From the IMG/VR virus record IMGVR_UViG_3300025390_000006: DNA of 64,000 nt, one strand, 5' to 3'. Source of the DNA: an uncultured virus (IMG/VR IMGVR_UViG_3300025390_000006). Taxonomy: Duplodnaviria > Heunggongvirae > Uroviricota > Caudoviricetes. Below, in pieces: positions 7,181 through 17,358 of the stretch. Positions within the stretch are counted from its first letter, which is position 1, and each line of letters begins with the position of its first letter. A program made the position numbers and the translations under genes. The notes below the pieces were generated by a model. The model saw nothing but the letters and a program-made list of their open reading frames with translations, did no database searches and was not told where the DNA came from.

Positions 7181-7417
7181 CTAACCGCAGACCATACCGC
7201 AGTAGCCCAGCGTATCGCTGTAATGGCCTTCATCTTCCCCGTCTTCTTTCCAATCGTACTTTGCCCTCCACGCCATGCACTTTGATGCAATGCATGCGCG
7301 GCCAGCTTCCAGCCCATCATAGATAAGAACGCGGTTATTCATACCGCCACCTACTGACATTGGGCATACTTTCTTGGCGGCCTCTAATTCCGTAATGTAG
7401 TGCGGAGCATTAGACAT
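7181..7417 (-). CDS. Small Cys-rich protein (C..CxxxxCMAWR..GYCGMV), paralog of 58403-58627
   Basis: Shared PHYxT..EA, CMAWR and GYCGMV motifs. Confidence 0.75.
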   Translation of the reverse strand: MSNAPHYITELEAAKKVCPMSVGGGMNNRVLIYDGLEAGRACIASKCMAWRAKYDWKEDGEDEGHYSDTLGYCGMVCG

Positions 7418-7493
7418 TGCTTTTCCCCCAATTAGTGGTAATAAAAGTTACATAGTTTCAAGGCATTATACTTTAAACAATGGGGAAAATCAA

Positions 7494-8432
7494 ATGCCGA
7501 CACCTAAACTGTCTGTGGAAGTTTTAATTGAAACCCTTAAATTATTAGAAGCGCATAGCCGCCGACCAACCATAGCTGCTAAGGCGGGAAACATATCTCC
7601 CAATACATTTAACCATCGCATGAAGATGGCATTTGAGCGATTTCCTAATGGACTGGATGATGTAAAATTAGAACGCCCAACATCCACTTGGACTTACCCC
7701 AGACTTAAAACCATTGAAGCCCCCGACACAAAATGGATCATAGGATCTGACCTTCACGTCTGGGATGGTGACCCAACCCTCATTTACAAAGCATTCGTTA
7801 AAGTTGCTAAAACTTTAAAGGTTGATGGGATAATCCTTAACGGGGACATTATTGACGGGGCGCGAATCAGCCGCCACCCATCCGTTCGGGGTTCCAAAGC
7901 CCCTAAAATTGAAAAAGAAATAGACACCGCCAAGAAATGGCTCCGCCTCCTACCCAATGCCAAATACAAACTGTGGACCCTTGGCAACCATGATATCCGC
8001 ATAGACAACTACATCGCCGCTAACGCTTCAGAACTGGATGGGTATATCCTATCCCTGCATGAGCATTTTACAGATTGGGATTTTTCCTTTGCGTTTGATA
8101 TCAACGGAACGGAAATTCGCCACAGGTTTAGGGGCGGCATCCATGCGGGCTGGAACAATGCTTTACATGGTGGGATAAGTATCGTTACGGGTCACACCCA
8201 TCAGCTTCAGGTCACCGCCATGCGGGATCGGAAAGGTTCGCGGTGGGGTGTGGAGACTGGGATGATGGCGGACCCCACTGGCCCGCAGTTTCAGTATTCA
8301 GAAGGAACCCCGTCCCGGTCGCAGCAAGGGTTCGCGGTTATTTCGTTCGATGAAGACGGAACAATGTTTCCGCCGGAACTGTGCGAAATGATTAATGGCC
8401 GCCCCGTGTTTAGGGGCGACCACGTATTTTGA
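7494..8432 (+). CDS. Calcineurin-like metallophosphoesterase with N-terminal HTH-like region
   Basis: SDLH, GDIID, GNHD, GHTH motifs. Confidence 0.85.
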   Translation: MPTPKLSVEVLIETLKLLEAHSRRPTIAAKAGNISPNTFNHRMKMAFERFPNGLDDVKLERPTSTWTYPRLKTIEAPDTKWIIGSDLHVWDGDPTLIYKAFVKVAKTLKVDGIILNGDIIDGARISRHPSVRGSKAPKIEKEIDTAKKWLRLLPNAKYKLWTLGNHDIRIDNYIAANASELDGYILSLHEHFTDWDFSFAFDINGTEIRHRFRGGIHAGWNNALHGGISIVTGHTHQLQVTAMRDRKGSRWGVETGMMADPTGPQFQYSEGTPSRSQQGFAVISFDEDGTMFPPELCEMINGRPVFRGDHVF

Positions 8433-8444
8433 TTAAGAAAAGGA

Positions 8445-8864
8445 TTATTCTTCCTCTTCTTCACCCTCTTCGGAATCATCGCTCTCATCGGGATATTCGT
8501 ACTCAACTTCAATCTCAACCAGCTTATCCAAACCATCGTCACCCTTGACAATTTTAAGGACTGGCAACTCAAACGCCGCCGCCATCAGATCAAAATCGTC
8601 CGCGACTTCTTGGAAAGTGTTTCCGTATGGGGCGCAACCCTCATCCGACCAGAACTCAATCTCGCCGTCGTCATCGTAAAAAACTTCACGAATGGTGTAG
8701 GAATCTTCACCAAAAATATTACCTTCAGCGGCAAGTTCCATAATAACGCGGTAGTTCCAAGACATGTTATTGTTCCCTATGTTGAAAGAATCTGATGATA
8801 TTGTAAACACTGGGATTTCTCCCAAATTCCATTCAAATGTAACGTTAGTCGCGGTCAAACCCAT
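8445..8864 (-). CDS. Acidic hypothetical protein (WNYRVI..EVFYDDDG)
   Basis: SD AGGAGG; long acidic tail. Confidence 0.7.
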   Translation of the reverse strand: MGLTATNVTFEWNLGEIPVFTISSDSFNIGNNNMSWNYRVIMELAAEGNIFGEDSYTIREVFYDDDGEIEFWSDEGCAPYGNTFQEVADDFDLMAAAFELPVLKIVKGDDGLDKLVEIEVEYEYPDESDDSEEGEEEEE

Positions 8865-8911
8865 GAAAACCTCCTATAAAGGGGACAACGCTACACTATA
8901 CCAGATTTTCA

Positions 8912-9121
8912 TCACTTTGATGACGGGGATTTCTTTTTAAGGGCAAATTCTTCGCAAGTGTTATTTTCAAATGTCACCGCCGCCCGTCTAATATCCCTGA
9001 CAACATCGCCGGAAGAAGGGTTAAAATGATCGTATAGGCGGTCATTAATAGGGTTCATGCAGTTAAACCCGTTATCCTGAGCGTAAATCCACTTACAATT
9101 AACGCAAATCTTCTCTGACAT
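8912..9121 (-). CDS. Small Cys-containing hypothetical protein
   Basis: SD AAGGAG; CxxC..C..C. Confidence 0.65.
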   Translation of the reverse strand: MSEKICVNCKWIYAQDNGFNCMNPINDRLYDHFNPSSGDVVRDIRRAAVTFENNTCEEFALKKKSPSSK

Positions 9122-9143
9122 TTAACTCTCCTTTTTAAAACAC

Positions 9144-9173
9144 TTGTATTTTAATCAACTTTTGCGATATAGT
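9144..9173 (+). promoter_or_regulatory. Promoter of the terminase operon
   Basis: TTGTAT-N18-TATAGT. Confidence 0.5.
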
Positions 9174-9193
9174 AAATACAAAGGAGTAGGAAA

Positions 9194-9694
9194 ATGAAAG
9201 CAATTACCAACGCCAACCGTCTTACTCAGAAACCGGATGAGCCTGAGTACAAGGGGAAGAAGAAAGGCCGCAAACGGAAAATCCCAGACGACGCTATGGT
9301 TCGAAAGACCATAATGGGCCTTGCTAAACGGGGTACGACATTGGATGAGATCGCGGATATTGTTGGGGTTTCCCGCGCATGGTTGCACCGTGAATACGGG
9401 AATGAAATTAAAAACGGGCGGCAAATTGCGAACGCGCTGGTTGTGGAAAATCTTTACCAGCAAGCAATGAAAGATACCCCATCCTCCATTAATGCGGGGA
9501 TTTATCTGACCAGATCCCAAATGGGATGGAAAGATAAGCCAGACCAAACGGACAATCACCGCCCACAAGTTATTTTTGACTTTGGTCAATTATCTTACGA
9601 AGAACGCGCATACCTTATTAGTAAGGTTAGGGACAAAATTGGCGGACCAAAAATTATAGAAGGTGAAGTTTTTGATGAACTCCCCCAAGAGTAG
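9194..9694 (+). CDS. terS: Terminase small subunit
   Basis: HTH-like region, NLYQQAM..AGIYL..MGW; directly upstream of TerL. Confidence 0.8.
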   Translation: MKAITNANRLTQKPDEPEYKGKKKGRKRKIPDDAMVRKTIMGLAKRGTTLDEIADIVGVSRAWLHREYGNEIKNGRQIANALVVENLYQQAMKDTPSSINAGIYLTRSQMGWKDKPDQTDNHRPQVIFDFGQLSYEERAYLISKVRDKIGGPKIIEGEVFDELPQE

Positions 9695-11285
9695 CACTAT
9701 TTTACACGCAAAAACATTAGAAGAAGCAATTGAGCAATATCCGGAAGATGCGGCGCGGGAACTTGAACGCCTCAATTTTGAGGAGAAGATGGTCGATTTT
9801 GTTGCGGGGGCGTGGAAATACATTGACCCCAACCCGTATAAATATGGTTGGCACCTTGAAGCTATCGCGGAACATCTTCAAGCCGTAACCCGTGGAGAGA
9901 TTCGGCGGCTGGTCATTAACGTCCCGCCCCGCACGTCCAAATCCTCTATGGTTTCCGTTTGTTTCCCCGCTTGGACATGGGCGCAATCCGATATTGGACC
10001 ACTCTCTGGTCCACATGTACAGTTCTTATACGCCTCCTACGCGCAATCCCTTTCCATCCGCGATTCCATTAAAACCCGCCGCCTATTAGAATCTCCGTGG
10101 TACCGACACCATTTTGGAGATAAATTTAAAATTGTATCGGACCAAAACACTAAAGTAAGGTTTGACAATGATAAAGGTGGGTACCGCCTTGCAACCTCCG
10201 TTGACGGCGCCCTGACGGGTGAAGGTGGATCAATTATTGTGGTGGACGATCCCCACAACGCAAATGAAGTTGAATCGGATCTTGTCCGGCAAGGGACGTT
10301 GGAATGGTGGGATCAATCCATGTCTACCCGTCTTAACGATCCTAAGACTGGCGCGTATGTCGTTATTATGCAGCGGCTACACGAATCGGATCTTACGGGC
10401 CATGTTTTATCCAAAGACACGGGAAACTGGGTTCATCTATGCCTCCCCATGCGGTTTGAACCAGACCGTCGGTGTATCACGCCGTGGTACATTGATAACC
10501 GCGAAGAAGGTGATTTGCTGGTCGGGGATCGGTTTGGTGAGGATGAAGTTGCTTCACTGGAATCCGCCCTTGGCCCCTTTGCCGCCGCTGGTCAATTGCA
10601 GCAACGCCCAAAACCTAAAGGCGGCGGTATTATAAAGCGCGATTGGTGGGTGCTATGGGACGAAACCGTATCGGGGTCAGAAGGGTTACGCAAAAGTGTT
10701 TTCCCGCCTTTTGAGTACGTTATCGCCTCATTGGACACCGCTTATACCACTAAGCAAGAAAACGATTATAGTGCTATGACCATTTGGGGCGTGTGGACCG
10801 ACCGCCAAGATAACCAACGGATTATGTTAATATATGCGTGGCAAGATCGGTTAGAGTTCCCTCAACTTGTTAAAAAAACAGTAGAATTATGTAATAAGTT
10901 TAAAGTTGATAAACTTTTAATTGAATCCAAAGCGGCTGGGCTATCCGTCGCTCAAGAACTGCGAACGCATTTTGCGCGGGAAAACTGGGGGATTCAATTG
11001 GTAGATCCGGGCAGGGGGGACAAAGTTGCGCGTACATACGCGATACAACATCTTTTTTCGGACGGGATGATTTATGCCCCCGACATGGAATGGGCGGAAA
11101 AGGTCATTGAACAGGCGGAATCGTTCCCTAAATCAAAACACGATGACTTAGTGGATAGCATGACGCAAGCACTCTCACACTTGCGTGTTATAGGTTTTGC
11201 ACGTAAACCAGTAGAAATAGTAGCGGAAAAGACCGAAGGTATGGTATATAGGTCTTCAAAGTCATCACAGCTTTACCCGGTGTAA
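9675..11285 (+). CDS. terL: Terminase large subunit
   Basis: INVPPRTSKS Walker A, IIVVDDPH Walker B, SLDTA and HDDLVDS nuclease motifs. Confidence 0.95.
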   Translation: MNSPKSSTILHAKTLEEAIEQYPEDAARELERLNFEEKMVDFVAGAWKYIDPNPYKYGWHLEAIAEHLQAVTRGEIRRLVINVPPRTSKSSMVSVCFPAWTWAQSDIGPLSGPHVQFLYASYAQSLSIRDSIKTRRLLESPWYRHHFGDKFKIVSDQNTKVRFDNDKGGYRLATSVDGALTGEGGSIIVVDDPHNANEVESDLVRQGTLEWWDQSMSTRLNDPKTGAYVVIMQRLHESDLTGHVLSKDTGNWVHLCLPMRFEPDRRCITPWYIDNREEGDLLVGDRFGEDEVASLESALGPFAAAGQLQQRPKPKGGGIIKRDWWVLWDETVSGSEGLRKSVFPPFEYVIASLDTAYTTKQENDYSAMTIWGVWTDRQDNQRIMLIYAWQDRLEFPQLVKKTVELCNKFKVDKLLIESKAAGLSVAQELRTHFARENWGIQLVDPGRGDKVARTYAIQHLFSDGMIYAPDMEWAEKVIEQAESFPKSKHDDLVDSMTQALSHLRVIGFARKPVEIVAEKTEGMVYRSSKSSQLYPV

Positions 11286-11288
11286 CAC

Positions 11289-13601
11289 ATGTCATTAGCA
11301 CCCATGAACATTCGTCAAGTTCCCGTTTTGGGAAGTCGGCCAGAAGAATTTGATGCAATGGACATGGATATGGCCGTTGAAGGTGACACCGATGTTGAGG
11401 TTAATCCTAAATCCCCATATGTAAAAGTTGAATTGCCAGACGGTTCCGTCACGATTTCTTTCGGGGGTCCGCAGAAATCGGAAGATGAGGGGGATGAAGA
11501 TTTCCACGAAAACCTTGCGATGCATTTGGACAATAGTTCATTAGGACAAATTGCGAACGAACTTGTACGGCTTATTGAACAGGATAATGAATCCCGCCAA
11601 GAACTCCTTCAACAATACGTTATGGGCCTTGATCTTTTGGGGACAAAGATTGAAACCCCGCGTTCCAATGCGGGGGATGGTTCTACGGCGGTTGAAGGAC
11701 AGGCAACCGTCCGCCATCCGTTGCTTTTGGAGTCAATTGTCCGTTTCCAAGCCAACGCCCGTGGAGAACTTCTCCCATCTTCCGGCCCAGTTAAGATCCG
11801 CAACGATGGGCTTGATAGTGCTAACATCAATGCTCAGGCGGAAGCGTTGGAAAAAGATTTTAATCATTATTTAACATCCACCGCATCGGAATATTACCCC
11901 GACACGGAACGGATGTTTTTTGCGTTGGGTTTTGGTGGAACCGCATTTAAGAAAGTATACTACTGCCCAATTCGCCGCCGCCCGGTTTCTGAATTTGTTA
12001 GCATCCCTGAAATTATTGTCTCCAATGCGGAAACGACGGTGGCGACCGCACAGCGGATTACGCACGTTATTAAGATGTCCCCCAGCACCCTTAAAAGGCT
12101 GCAACTGGTCGGGATGTACCGAAATGTCCCCCTTTCTTCCGCACAACCGCCTAAAAACAACGTCGTGGAAGATAAATTAGAACAAATGATGGGTGTTATC
12201 CCCCGTAATATGACTAATACGGATAACCAACCCCGCGAAATCTATGAATGCTACTGCGAATTGGATATCCCCGGTTATGAACATGAGGATGATGAAGGGC
12301 CAACGGGCCTTCAACTCCCATATCGCGTAACGATTGATAAGACTTCATCTGAAATTTTGGAAATCAGGCGGTGGTGGAAAGAAGATGATGAACAATGTCT
12401 GCGTCGACAAGTGTTTGTTGATTATATCTTCGTTCCCGGCTTTGGCTTCTACGGCCTTGGCCTTTTACATCTTGTTGGTAATACCACGATGGCGCTAACC
12501 GCCGGATGGCGGTTGTGTATTGATAACGGAATGTTTGCTAACTTCCCCGGATTCTTGTACGCAAAACAAGCGGGGCGGCAATTAACCAATGAGTTTCGCG
12601 TTCCACCGGGTGGCGGTATGCCGATTGACACGGCGGGTCAGCCTATTCAATCCGCCATTATGCCCCTACCATACCGGAGCGTTGACGGGCAATTTCTTAA
12701 TTTACTTCAATTAATTGAGACAAGTGGTCAACGTTTAGCTTCAACTTCGGAAACTAATGTTGGTGAAGGTAATGCGGAAGCTCCAGTTGGAACGACTATT
12801 GCGTTAATTGAACAGGCGCAAAAGGTTATTTCCGCTGTGCATAAACGTATGCATGCGGCGCAAGCACGGGAATTTGCGCTTCTTAAAGAATTATTTAAAG
12901 AATGCCCTGAGGCTTTTTGGGAAAATAACAAATATCCATCTTACCAATGGACGCCAGAAACATTAATAACGGCGCTTGACAACATTAATTTAGTCCCCGT
13001 TGCTGACCCAAATACCCCATCCCATGCGGTTCGCATTCAAAAGGCAATGGCAATTAAGCAATTGCAGGGTCAGAATCCGGGGTTATATGACCCACGCAAG
13101 GTAGATGAGCGTATCCTAACCATGCTTGGTATTGAGGACGCGATGGATCTATTTGCCCCACCAATGCCGCCTCAAGCCATGCCGCCAGATCCAATGATGA
13201 TCCAAGCGCAAGCAAGAATGATCGATGCTCAAGCAAAAATGGAAGAGGTCAAGATTAAAGAAAAGAGCGTAGATGCTCAGATTCAAAACTATCACCATGA
13301 CCGGGAACATGAAAAATGGCAAGCATCTTTGGAAAACGCTCCGCGTGGCCCAACTGACCCGGAAATGATGACGGCGCAAGCAAAAATGATTGACTCCCAA
13401 GCCAAAATGGCGGAAGTTAAAGTAAAGGCTGTAGACGCGGCGGCTGACGCTCAGAACCGCACGGCTGACAGAGAAAGCAAAGAACGGATAGCCATGTTGC
13501 AACTGGCCCGCGAAATTGCAGTTCATCCAGAGAGCGCTTCTCAGGCGGAACAGTTTATTAAACCGGAAATCCAAGGATTGATTAGCAATCCTAAAGTTTA
13601 A
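11289..13601 (+). CDS. Portal protein (P22-like)
   Basis: Follows TerL; HPLLLESIVRFQA, FKKVYY, PGFGFYGLGL, APVGTTIALIE. Confidence 0.88.
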   Translation: MSLAPMNIRQVPVLGSRPEEFDAMDMDMAVEGDTDVEVNPKSPYVKVELPDGSVTISFGGPQKSEDEGDEDFHENLAMHLDNSSLGQIANELVRLIEQDNESRQELLQQYVMGLDLLGTKIETPRSNAGDGSTAVEGQATVRHPLLLESIVRFQANARGELLPSSGPVKIRNDGLDSANINAQAEALEKDFNHYLTSTASEYYPDTERMFFALGFGGTAFKKVYYCPIRRRPVSEFVSIPEIIVSNAETTVATAQRITHVIKMSPSTLKRLQLVGMYRNVPLSSAQPPKNNVVEDKLEQMMGVIPRNMTNTDNQPREIYECYCELDIPGYEHEDDEGPTGLQLPYRVTIDKTSSEILEIRRWWKEDDEQCLRRQVFVDYIFVPGFGFYGLGLLHLVGNTTMALTAGWRLCIDNGMFANFPGFLYAKQAGRQLTNEFRVPPGGGMPIDTAGQPIQSAIMPLPYRSVDGQFLNLLQLIETSGQRLASTSETNVGEGNAEAPVGTTIALIEQAQKVISAVHKRMHAAQAREFALLKELFKECPEAFWENNKYPSYQWTPETLITALDNINLVPVADPNTPSHAVRIQKAMAIKQLQGQNPGLYDPRKVDERILTMLGIEDAMDLFAPPMPPQAMPPDPMMIQAQARMIDAQAKMEEVKIKEKSVDAQIQNYHHDREHEKWQASLENAPRGPTDPEMMTAQAKMIDSQAKMAEVKVKAVDAAADAQNRTADRESKERIAMLQLAREIAVHPESASQAEQFIKPEIQGLISNPKV

Positions 13602-13625
13602 TGCTGGACGCAGCAGGAGCATAAA

Positions 13626-15041
13626 ATGAGCGATCACAAGAAAGAAGCTAAAAGCGCGGCGGCTGCTAAATTGCAGCGCATGGGTTTAAAATTAGATGAT
13701 GGCAGCAAATCCTTTACGGATGAGCGCGGCGGTTCCCCTTTTGAGGGTTTGAACAGCGGCAATGCTGGCAAGATGCCTATTACCCCATCCCGTTTTAAAC
13801 GCGGTGGTAAAGTTAGCAAACATGCTAACGTTGAGGGTAAACACGCACATAAGAATCTTGGTAAATCCGCCCGCAAGGGTCGTGAGCATCATTCTGGACT
13901 TGATGGTATTAATCGCGTTGGTCAAATGACTGGCCCTGAAACAATTCCAAATCAGCCACAAATTCCGACAACTGGGAAGAAAAACCCATCAAATTATCCA
14001 ACGGATAATCGTATGGGCCGTGGTATCCCCACAAAAAATGGCCCCGCTTGGTTTATGCAAGATACGGATACTCCATTACCGACCCGCGATAAGCCTAACA
14101 CCAAATTTGAAGTTCCAGATCAGGCGGCTAAAAAAGGCGGTCGCATTCATAAGGCTGGTGGCGGCATGATGGGTGCAATGACTCCCGCCCAGAAAAAAGC
14201 TGTTATTGGTGCAATGGTCGCACGTAAGAAAAGGGCTGGTCTTCCTATAGCACCCCCATCGCAAAGCGCCGCTGGTATTCTTGGGACCCGCCCAGTAATG
14301 CCAATGGTTTCTTCAATGCGTAAATCCGGTGGTGCCGCAAAACACACGGATGAAGTGCAAGATAAAAAGTTAATGCACAAAATCCTTAAGCCAAAAGCAT
14401 TTAAAGCTGAGGGTGGCCGCGCTTATAAATACCGTGGTGGCGAATTGGCAGATGGATATGATTTTCGCAAAAGCAGTAAATCTGCTGTTGAAAATTCAAA
14501 TTGGGATATGAATAATCCGGATGGTTCAAATTGGGATAGCAGTGTTGTTGATTCACGGCATTCTAATTCACAAAGCCTTCGTGATGCTCAATTAAAACGT
14601 GGTGGTAAAGCTATGCACCATGAAGATTGCTCATGCAAAATGTGCAGTGGTGGCATGGCGGAACGTTCTCATCGTGCTACTGGCGGGCGTACTAAAGCAG
14701 GAAAAACCAATGTCAATATCATTATTTCTCCGCAATCTGGCGGACAAGGCCAAGCACCTTTGGGCGCTGGCGTTGGAATGGGTCAACCTCCTGTCCCGCC
14801 GATGATGCCTCCTATGCCTATGGGCGCACCTCCTATGGGTGGTATGCCTCCGGGAATGCCGCCAATGATGCCTCCGGGCGGTGGTATGCCCCCACGTCCA
14901 CCAATGCCTCCTATGGCCCGCAAAGCTGGCGGTCGCGTAGGCAATGTAATGCCAAAATATCAAGAGAAAGATTACGGTTCCGGGTCCGGTCTTGGTAGGT
15001 TGGAAAAGAAAAAGTGGCCTGTAGCTAACGGAACCGAATAA
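13626..15041 (+). CDS. Low-complexity basic protein with ~10 xxGGx motifs (putative capsid-internal protein)
   Basis: Repeated KRGGKV/KKGGRI/KAGGRV motifs; Pro-Met tract. Confidence 0.7.
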   Translation: MSDHKKEAKSAAAAKLQRMGLKLDDGSKSFTDERGGSPFEGLNSGNAGKMPITPSRFKRGGKVSKHANVEGKHAHKNLGKSARKGREHHSGLDGINRVGQMTGPETIPNQPQIPTTGKKNPSNYPTDNRMGRGIPTKNGPAWFMQDTDTPLPTRDKPNTKFEVPDQAAKKGGRIHKAGGGMMGAMTPAQKKAVIGAMVARKKRAGLPIAPPSQSAAGILGTRPVMPMVSSMRKSGGAAKHTDEVQDKKLMHKILKPKAFKAEGGRAYKYRGGELADGYDFRKSSKSAVENSNWDMNNPDGSNWDSSVVDSRHSNSQSLRDAQLKRGGKAMHHEDCSCKMCSGGMAERSHRATGGRTKAGKTNVNIIISPQSGGQGQAPLGAGVGMGQPPVPPMMPPMPMGAPPMGGMPPGMPPMMPPGGGMPPRPPMPPMARKAGGRVGNVMPKYQEKDYGSGSGLGRLEKKKWPVANGTE

Positions 15042-15049
15042 GGATCTAA

Positions 15050-15262
15050 ATGGCGTCACTTGACCTGCTCCTCTACCGCAAATTGGAGGAGCGTATTGAA
15101 GAAGAACGGGAGAAGCTGGCAGAGAGCATTCTAAACGGTTTCTCCCCAAACTATGAGGACTATAAAAATCGTGTTGGGTATCTAAGAGGATTATCCGACG
15201 CACTTATCTGGGCGAAAGAGACGATGGATGACATCGTCGGCATTGATAGAAAAGCGAGATAA
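15050..15262 (+). CDS. Small conserved head-cluster protein
   Basis: YEDYKNRVGYLRGL motif, located just before GroES. Confidence 0.7.
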   Translation: MASLDLLLYRKLEERIEEEREKLAESILNGFSPNYEDYKNRVGYLRGLSDALIWAKETMDDIVGIDRKAR

Positions 15263-15265
15263 ACG

Positions 15266-15664
15266 ATGAAGACTGCTACGATGAAGATGCTCCATGCGGC
15301 TGACCCCGCAGCGGAGTTAAAAGCTGCAATTGGTGACATTTCTAAAATTAAAGTAATGCACAACAACATTCTCTGCGCCGTATATAAACGGCCAGAACGC
15401 ACGGCCTCCGGCCTTTACCTTTCAGATGGCATCCGCAAAGAAGACGAATATCAGGGCAAGGTTGTTCTTGTACTGAAAAAAGGTCCAATTGCGTTTATGG
15501 ATGACGACAAAACCGCCTTCGCGGGACAAAACGTAAACGAAGGTGATTGGATTGTCCTTCGCTCCTCAGACGGTTGGAAATTGAACATTAATGGCGTCCT
15601 TTGCCACGTTATTCAGGATGTTCAAATTAAAATGGTCATCCCTGAACCCGATATGGCATTCTAA
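15266..15664 (+). CDS. groES: Co-chaperonin GroES-like protein
   Basis: ERTASGLYL mobile loop, VLKKGP, VNEGDWIV. Confidence 0.8.
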   Translation: MKTATMKMLHAADPAAELKAAIGDISKIKVMHNNILCAVYKRPERTASGLYLSDGIRKEDEYQGKVVLVLKKGPIAFMDDDKTAFAGQNVNEGDWIVLRSSDGWKLNINGVLCHVIQDVQIKMVIPEPDMAF

Positions 15665-15674
15665 GGAGGTATAA

Positions 15675-16607
15675 ATGTCAGAATTACAAGCCGCAGAAAT
15701 TACGGTTACGGCTCCTAATGTTCCGCAAATGACGGAAGTAGATCTTGGGGCGGTATCTAAACAGCCTGAAATAATTGAAAAATCAAAAGATGAAGACGGA
15801 ATCCAACTTTTAAAACAACAGTTGGAAGAAAAACGGCGTGAGGCAGAAGAAATTCGTCGTCAAAAAGTACAAGCGGAACAATTTGCTCAACAAGCACAGC
15901 AACAAGTAAAAAATTATCAGTATCAAGCACAGGATAATCAATTAGTTGCGTTTACAAATGCTATCGCAAGTTTTGAACGTGATGCGGAAATGCTTGAACG
16001 TGATTACGCAAATACTTTGGCGGAAGGTGATTACGCAAAAGCCGCCAAATTGCAGCGTCACATGGCGCAAGTTGAGTCAAAATTGATTCAATTGTCGCAA
16101 GGTAGGGAAGCGCTTCAAGAAAAACTTACCTACGAACTACAAATGCTTGAACAACAGCGTCGCCAACCGCAGCCACGCATGCAACAAGAGAATTTGGACC
16201 CAATTGAGGCAAAAATTCAAGAAGTTCCAAGCCCAAAAGCGCAAGCATGGTTACGTTCTCACCGTGATGCGTTGGAAGATCCCGTTAAAACGGCACGTAT
16301 GACAGCCGCTCACTGGGATGCTGTGGCGGATAATGTACCATTAGACTCCCCAGAATATTTTGCCTTTATTGAAAACAGGGTTTACGACGCGGAACCTGTA
16401 CGTTCTTCTGTACAACAACCACGTTCCCGTCAAGCTATGGCGGCTGCTCCCGTTTCGCGTACCAATTCCGCGCAAACTTTCCGTTCTGGGCAAACTGTGA
16501 CTATGACTTTGACCCCAGCGGAACGTCAATCTGCCCGTGATATGGACATGAGTGACGAAGAGTATTTGGAAGGCAAGTTGTATTACCAGCAAAAGAACAT
16601 GTTGTGA
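15675..16607 (+). CDS. Putative scaffolding protein
   Basis: Coiled-coil; C-terminal LTPAERQSARDMDMSDEEY; upstream of the capsid genes. Confidence 0.65.
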   Translation: MSELQAAEITVTAPNVPQMTEVDLGAVSKQPEIIEKSKDEDGIQLLKQQLEEKRREAEEIRRQKVQAEQFAQQAQQQVKNYQYQAQDNQLVAFTNAIASFERDAEMLERDYANTLAEGDYAKAAKLQRHMAQVESKLIQLSQGREALQEKLTYELQMLEQQRRQPQPRMQQENLDPIEAKIQEVPSPKAQAWLRSHRDALEDPVKTARMTAAHWDAVADNVPLDSPEYFAFIENRVYDAEPVRSSVQQPRSRQAMAAAPVSRTNSAQTFRSGQTVTMTLTPAERQSARDMDMSDEEYLEGKLYYQQKNML

Positions 16608-16615
16608 GGTAATCC

Positions 16616-17200
16616 ATGTCAGAACCAATTAAACGTGGCCCCGGACGGCCAGCCAGAACCCCAATTACAGAACAAATGGAAGAAAACATGACCGAATTAC
16701 GCCAAAATGACACCCAAGAATTGGGTATGGCCCCAGTAAGCCGTGGCCTCCGTGAAGCTTCGCTCCGTGCTGAAGAGTTGCGGGCAAGAATGAACGACGA
16801 TTCAATGGACCCGTCGATGTACGATGAGTTTTACATTGATCCGCGCAAGGTTCCAGAAGGTTGGGACTACAATTGGAAGCGCGAATCCATTGCGGGTATG
16901 ACGGATGACCAGCATATGATTGAAATGCGTTCAGGCGGTTGGGAACCAGTAGATACCCGCCGTCACCCAGACATGATGCCTATCGGCCATAGCGGCGCAA
17001 TCCGTAAAAAAGGCATGATTCTTATGGAACGCCCTAAGGAAATCACCGTTATCGCTCAGGATCGGGAACTTTCTACCGCCCGTGAATTGGTTAACCAAAA
17101 AGAAAAGGCGTTGGGTATTGCGCCAGCCGGAACCTTTGAACGTGACCGCAAACAAACAGGTGTCCGCAAGTCTTACGAACCAATGCAAGTTCCACGGTAA
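16616..17200 (+). CDS. Conserved head-cluster hypothetical protein
   Basis: PEGWDYNWKR..GWEPV..GMILMERP. Confidence 0.7.
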   Translation: MSEPIKRGPGRPARTPITEQMEENMTELRQNDTQELGMAPVSRGLREASLRAEELRARMNDDSMDPSMYDEFYIDPRKVPEGWDYNWKRESIAGMTDDQHMIEMRSGGWEPVDTRRHPDMMPIGHSGAIRKKGMILMERPKEITVIAQDRELSTARELVNQKEKALGIAPAGTFERDRKQTGVRKSYEPMQVPR

Positions 17201-17201
17201 T

Positions 17202-17226
17202 AAAAAGGGGGCGCAAGCCCCCTTTT
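17202..17226 (+). terminator. Bidirectional-type intrinsic terminator
   Basis: AAAAAGGGGGC-GCAA-GCCCCCTTTT. Confidence 0.8.
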
Positions 17227-17232
17227 CTACTA

Positions 17233-17261
17233 TTGCACTGTATTAAATATGGTGTTATAGA
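17233..17261 (+). promoter_or_regulatory. Capsid operon promoter
   Basis: TTGCAC-N17-TATAGA. Confidence 0.6.
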
Positions 17262-17358
17262 AAAAGTTATAACTCCTCTACGCGCCGTAGGGGGCTTCCC
17301 CATGTTGGATAAATAAAGACGCGCCGTCTGGTTTTATCCTACTGAAAAGGAGCGACCT

